Below are positions 61,723 to 64,000 of a stretch of 64,000 nucleotides of DNA, piece by piece (within the stretch, counting starts at the first letter, position 1; every line of letters begins with the position of its first letter). Origin of the DNA: Candidatus Nomurabacteria bacterium (GTDB lineage Bacteria > Patescibacteriota > Minisyncoccia > Phycocordibacterales > UBA9973). A model generated the notes under the pieces. That model was not told where the DNA came from. It did not search any database and saw only the letters and a list, made by a program, of their open reading frames with translations. A program made the position numbers and the translations under genes. The stretch covers positions 91,683 to 155,682 of the forward strand of contig CAWJHU010000003.1 in the NCBI GenBank assembly GCA_963842815.1, written 5' to 3'.

Positions 61723-62007
61723 TTACATTCCTCCCATTTTGTTCGCATCCATTGCTGGAGCGTCTACTTTACACTTGTGGCATTTACAGCCGAATATTTT
61801 CATAACAGCCGCAATGCCTACCAGCACATAAACTATTCCCTCCACCGTTGGAGAGAAACCCAAAATCATATTGACTACGTTCCAATTGCTTGAACTGCCC
61901 AAAAGCATACCCAAGCCGATTAGGCCCCAGTTTATGCCTCCAATGATTACCAGGATTTTGACAATCCAATGCACAGTGCAACCCCCTTTACCACAATTTT
62001 TACACAT
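61723..62007 (-). CDS. DUF378-family small membrane protein with N- and C-terminal Cys clusters
   Basis: IIGGINWGLIGLGMLLG ... VYVLVGIAAV is the DUF378 (YuzA-like) core. N-terminal CKNCGKGGC and C-terminal CKCHKC. Confidence 0.55.
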   Translation of the reverse strand: MCKNCGKGGCTVHWIVKILVIIGGINWGLIGLGMLLGSSSNWNVVNMILGFSPTVEGIVYVLVGIAAVMKIFGCKCHKCKVDAPAMDANKMGGM

Positions 62008-62156
62008 AATAATAAAGTTAGTTTATAATTCCACCCAAACGACTATTTAGGCGGGGTTAAATAATACCCTACAATTATACCATTTTCTAAATAGCACTTC
62101 AATGAAATGTCAACTTTATATAATTGACTATTAACTAAACAAATCAGCCAGATTGC

Positions 62157-62176
62157 ATCTACGCCATGGCGTAGAT
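62157..62176. repeat. Perfect 20-bp palindrome just 3' of the Cas2-like gene
   Basis: atctacgccatggcgtagat (self-complementary; CCATGG core). Confidence 0.85.
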
Positions 62177-62188
62177 TGGTCTATATAA

Positions 62189-62557
62189 TTAGGATTTTTC
62201 TAGATAAGATTTAGCTAACTTAAATGTTTTAAATTCTTTTTGTAGACCAATTCTCTTTAAGTAATCTAAAAAATCTTTCGGCAATGGTGAAGGACCAACC
62301 CAGACACTTTTTTGAATCATAATAAAATCAAAATTTTTGAGTTGACGACGAAACCAGTCTCTTTCCTTCTTCTTCACATGGGGAATATCATACATAAGAA
62401 GTAAATTTTTTGGTGCATCTTTTTGAAAATTAGAGATAAAAGAACGGAGATATTGACATTTAATAATTTTTTCTTTTTTCTCAGAATAATTAAAGTTTGG
62501 TAAACCTAAAAGATTTACGGATACACCTTTGTATTTTAATTTTTTTCTGGTAACCAT
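62189..62557 (-). CDS. Cas2-like fold protein (orphan; no cas1 or array in the window)
   Basis: NLLLMYDIPHVKKKERDWFRRQLKNFDFIMIQKSVWVGP follows the Cas2 pattern hhhhYD(I/V)......+R..hR+.L...G.+hQ.SV(F/W).. with the conserved Asp in beta1. A 45-aa N-terminal extension is atypical. Confidence 0.35.
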   Translation of the reverse strand: MVTRKKLKYKGVSVNLLGLPNFNYSEKKEKIIKCQYLRSFISNFQKDAPKNLLLMYDIPHVKKKERDWFRRQLKNFDFIMIQKSVWVGPSPLPKDFLDYLKRIGLQKEFKTFKLAKSYLEKS

Positions 62558-62570
62558 AATTTATATTATA

Positions 62571-62594
62571 CACTAAAAACATATCTACGCCATG
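62571..62594. repeat. Related imperfect palindrome just 5' of the Cas2-like gene
   Basis: atatctacgccatggctgagatat. Shares the 14-nt core atctacgccatggc with the downstream copy. Confidence 0.8.
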
Positions 62595-63188
62595 GCTGAG
62601 ATATGTTTTTGATTTTAAATAAAAAACTGCTGGCACTAATAAATATAGTACGCAGCAGTTAGATAATACAGGGTGGAAAAACTAGAAAGAGAAGAAACGG
62701 TCGGCAGAGCTACCTTATTCCTTCTTTATGTTTCTACTAGGAACCACAAGGGATCGAACCTCATCTTTTCCACTGTATATATAATATTACATACAGAGAC
62801 GAGCTAGGAAACACCACAGAGGTCTTAACCACATGGGGAAACCCCCTCTGAGATACACCCAAAATTAAAAGGTGTGGGTAATTTTAAGGTCAGCCGTTGA
62901 AACCCTTATTAGCCTCAACGATGCCTAAGTTTGTGTTGGCTCTCTATCCACCCAAATATATTCTTAACTTTACAAATTCTAAGATAGAGATTAATACTAA
63001 TCACCTAATTAGTCAATATTAGTCAAAGTAGTTCTTCAGCCGGGCAATTTTTTCGTGCTGGCGAAGTTTTTCGTGCACTTTGGCTTCAATCTGGCGAATG
63101 CGTTCGCGGGTCACTCCGAATTCTTCCCCCACCCTTTCCAGAGTATGTTGAATACCGTCCACCAACCCATAACGCATTTCCAGATATT

Positions 63189-64000
63189 TTACGTTTCTTT
63201 GGGGTTAAGTTCGTTCAAAACTTCGCGGATTTGGTCGGATAAAATTCTGCGGGAGGATTCCTGGTCCGGGCGCAAAATTTTATCATCCGGAATAAAGTTT
63301 TCCAGAGTTGATTTATCGTCATCGTCCCCCACCGGCTGTTCCAGAGAAATAGTTTCCTGGCTGATATTTTCAATGACGTGAATTTTTTCAACTGGAATGC
63401 CCATTTCGGTGGCAATCTCTTCGGCCAATGGTTCCCGGCCTAAATCTTGACTGAGTTTTCGGTACGTTTGTTTGTATTTGGAAATAGTTTCCACCATATG
63501 CACCGGAATGCGGATAGTTCTGGATTGGTCAGCCAGAGCGCGGGTAATGGATTGGCGAATCCACCAGGTGGCATAAGTGGAAAATTTATATCCCTTGGTC
63601 CAATCAAATTTTTCCACTGCCTTGAATAGTCCCAAATTCCCTTCCTGAATCAAATCCAAAAGGCTCAGATTGGCGCTTCTGCCCACATATTTTTTGGCGA
63701 TGGAAACCACCAAACGCAAATTGGCTCTGGCCAATAAATTTTTTGCTTCAACATCGCCCAATTCTATGCGCTTAGCAAGATCTTTTTCATCCACCGCATG
63801 AATGAGCGCATACTGCCCTATTTCTTTCAAATACATTTGAATGGAATCGTGAATGGTGGATTTATTCAAATCTTTATCGGTAATATCATTATCAAGATTA
63901 AGTAAATTTCCGCCTTCCAGCACATCAATACCAGCCACGGCAAATTTTTCATAAAGCTCGTCCAAAAAGAAAATATTGTTCTCAATGTCGGGAAAAGTTT
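63189..64000 (-). CDS. rpoD: RNA polymerase sigma-70 factor RpoD (C-terminal ~270 aa; gene continues past the window end)
   Basis: Region 2: [55 protein letters not shown]. Region 3 and region 4 (...[16 protein letters not shown]...[12 protein letters not shown]). The reading frame stays open to position 64000. Confidence 0.85.
   Translation of the reverse strand, partial: TFPDIENNIFFLDELYEKFAVAGIDVLEGGNLLNLDNDITDKDLNKSTIHDSIQMYLKEIGQYALIHAVDEKDLAKRIELGDVEAKNLLARANLRLVVSIAKKYVGRSANLSLLDLIQEGNLGLFKAVEKFDWTKGYKFSTYATWWIRQSITRALADQSRTIRIPVHMVETISKYKQTYRKLSQDLGREPLAEEIATEMGIPVEKIHVIENISQETISLEQPVGDDDDKSTLENFIPDDKILRPDQESSRRILSDQIREVLNELNPKET

Noticed and set aside
62690-62800. Possible minus-strand tRNA suggested by the T-loop-like GGTTCGATCCC at ~62750
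   Set aside because: No complementary acceptor 5' strand (GGAACCA-like) and no D or anticodon arms could be placed within 100 nt. It is kept only as part of a candidate ncRNA region.
63055-63629. Plus-strand ORFs 63055..63381 and 63447..63629 and minus ORF 63215..63415
   Set aside because: They overlap the well-supported rpoD reading frame (regions 2-4 of sigma-70). These are out-of-frame or antisense artefacts.

Overview
Low-GC, gene-dense bacterial window. A split transketolase, minimal operons, a cohesin/dockerin pair and many small membrane proteins suggest a Patescibacteria/CPR-like genome; this is an inference from the sequence, not a database hit. Core content: a glycolysis/pentose-phosphate operon (gap-rpiB-rpe-tktN-tktC); dnaE, pth, lepB, hisS, def, fmt, hpf; tgt, mreBC, proS, rpsB-tsf, rpoD (partial); a class II-like RNR; RNase P RNA; and tRNA-Asn, tRNA-Thr and an Ala-Val-Ala tRNA cluster. 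Accessory content: a surface cluster (cohesin-like, dockerin, LTD and a ~1600-aa collagen-like protein built from ~522-bp tandem repeats, interrupted by a frameshift); three GH130-like phosphorylase domains; an ABC importer; a defense islet (RhuM-Fic/Doc fusion, AbiEi/AbiEii, HNH-like); an AT-rich putative integrative element (ImmA/IrrE protease, TM protein, RNase H-like gene between direct repeats, Cys-rich secreted protein, large serine recombinase) abutting the tRNA-Ala/Val/Ala cluster; and an orphan Cas2-like gene bracketed by palindromic motifs next to an ORF-free structured region. Notable oddities: a perfect 47-bp GC-rich palindrome inserted in frame in fmt, and single-base frameshifts in dnaE, tsf, an SRPBCC gene and the collagen-like gene. 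No CRISPR array was seen.
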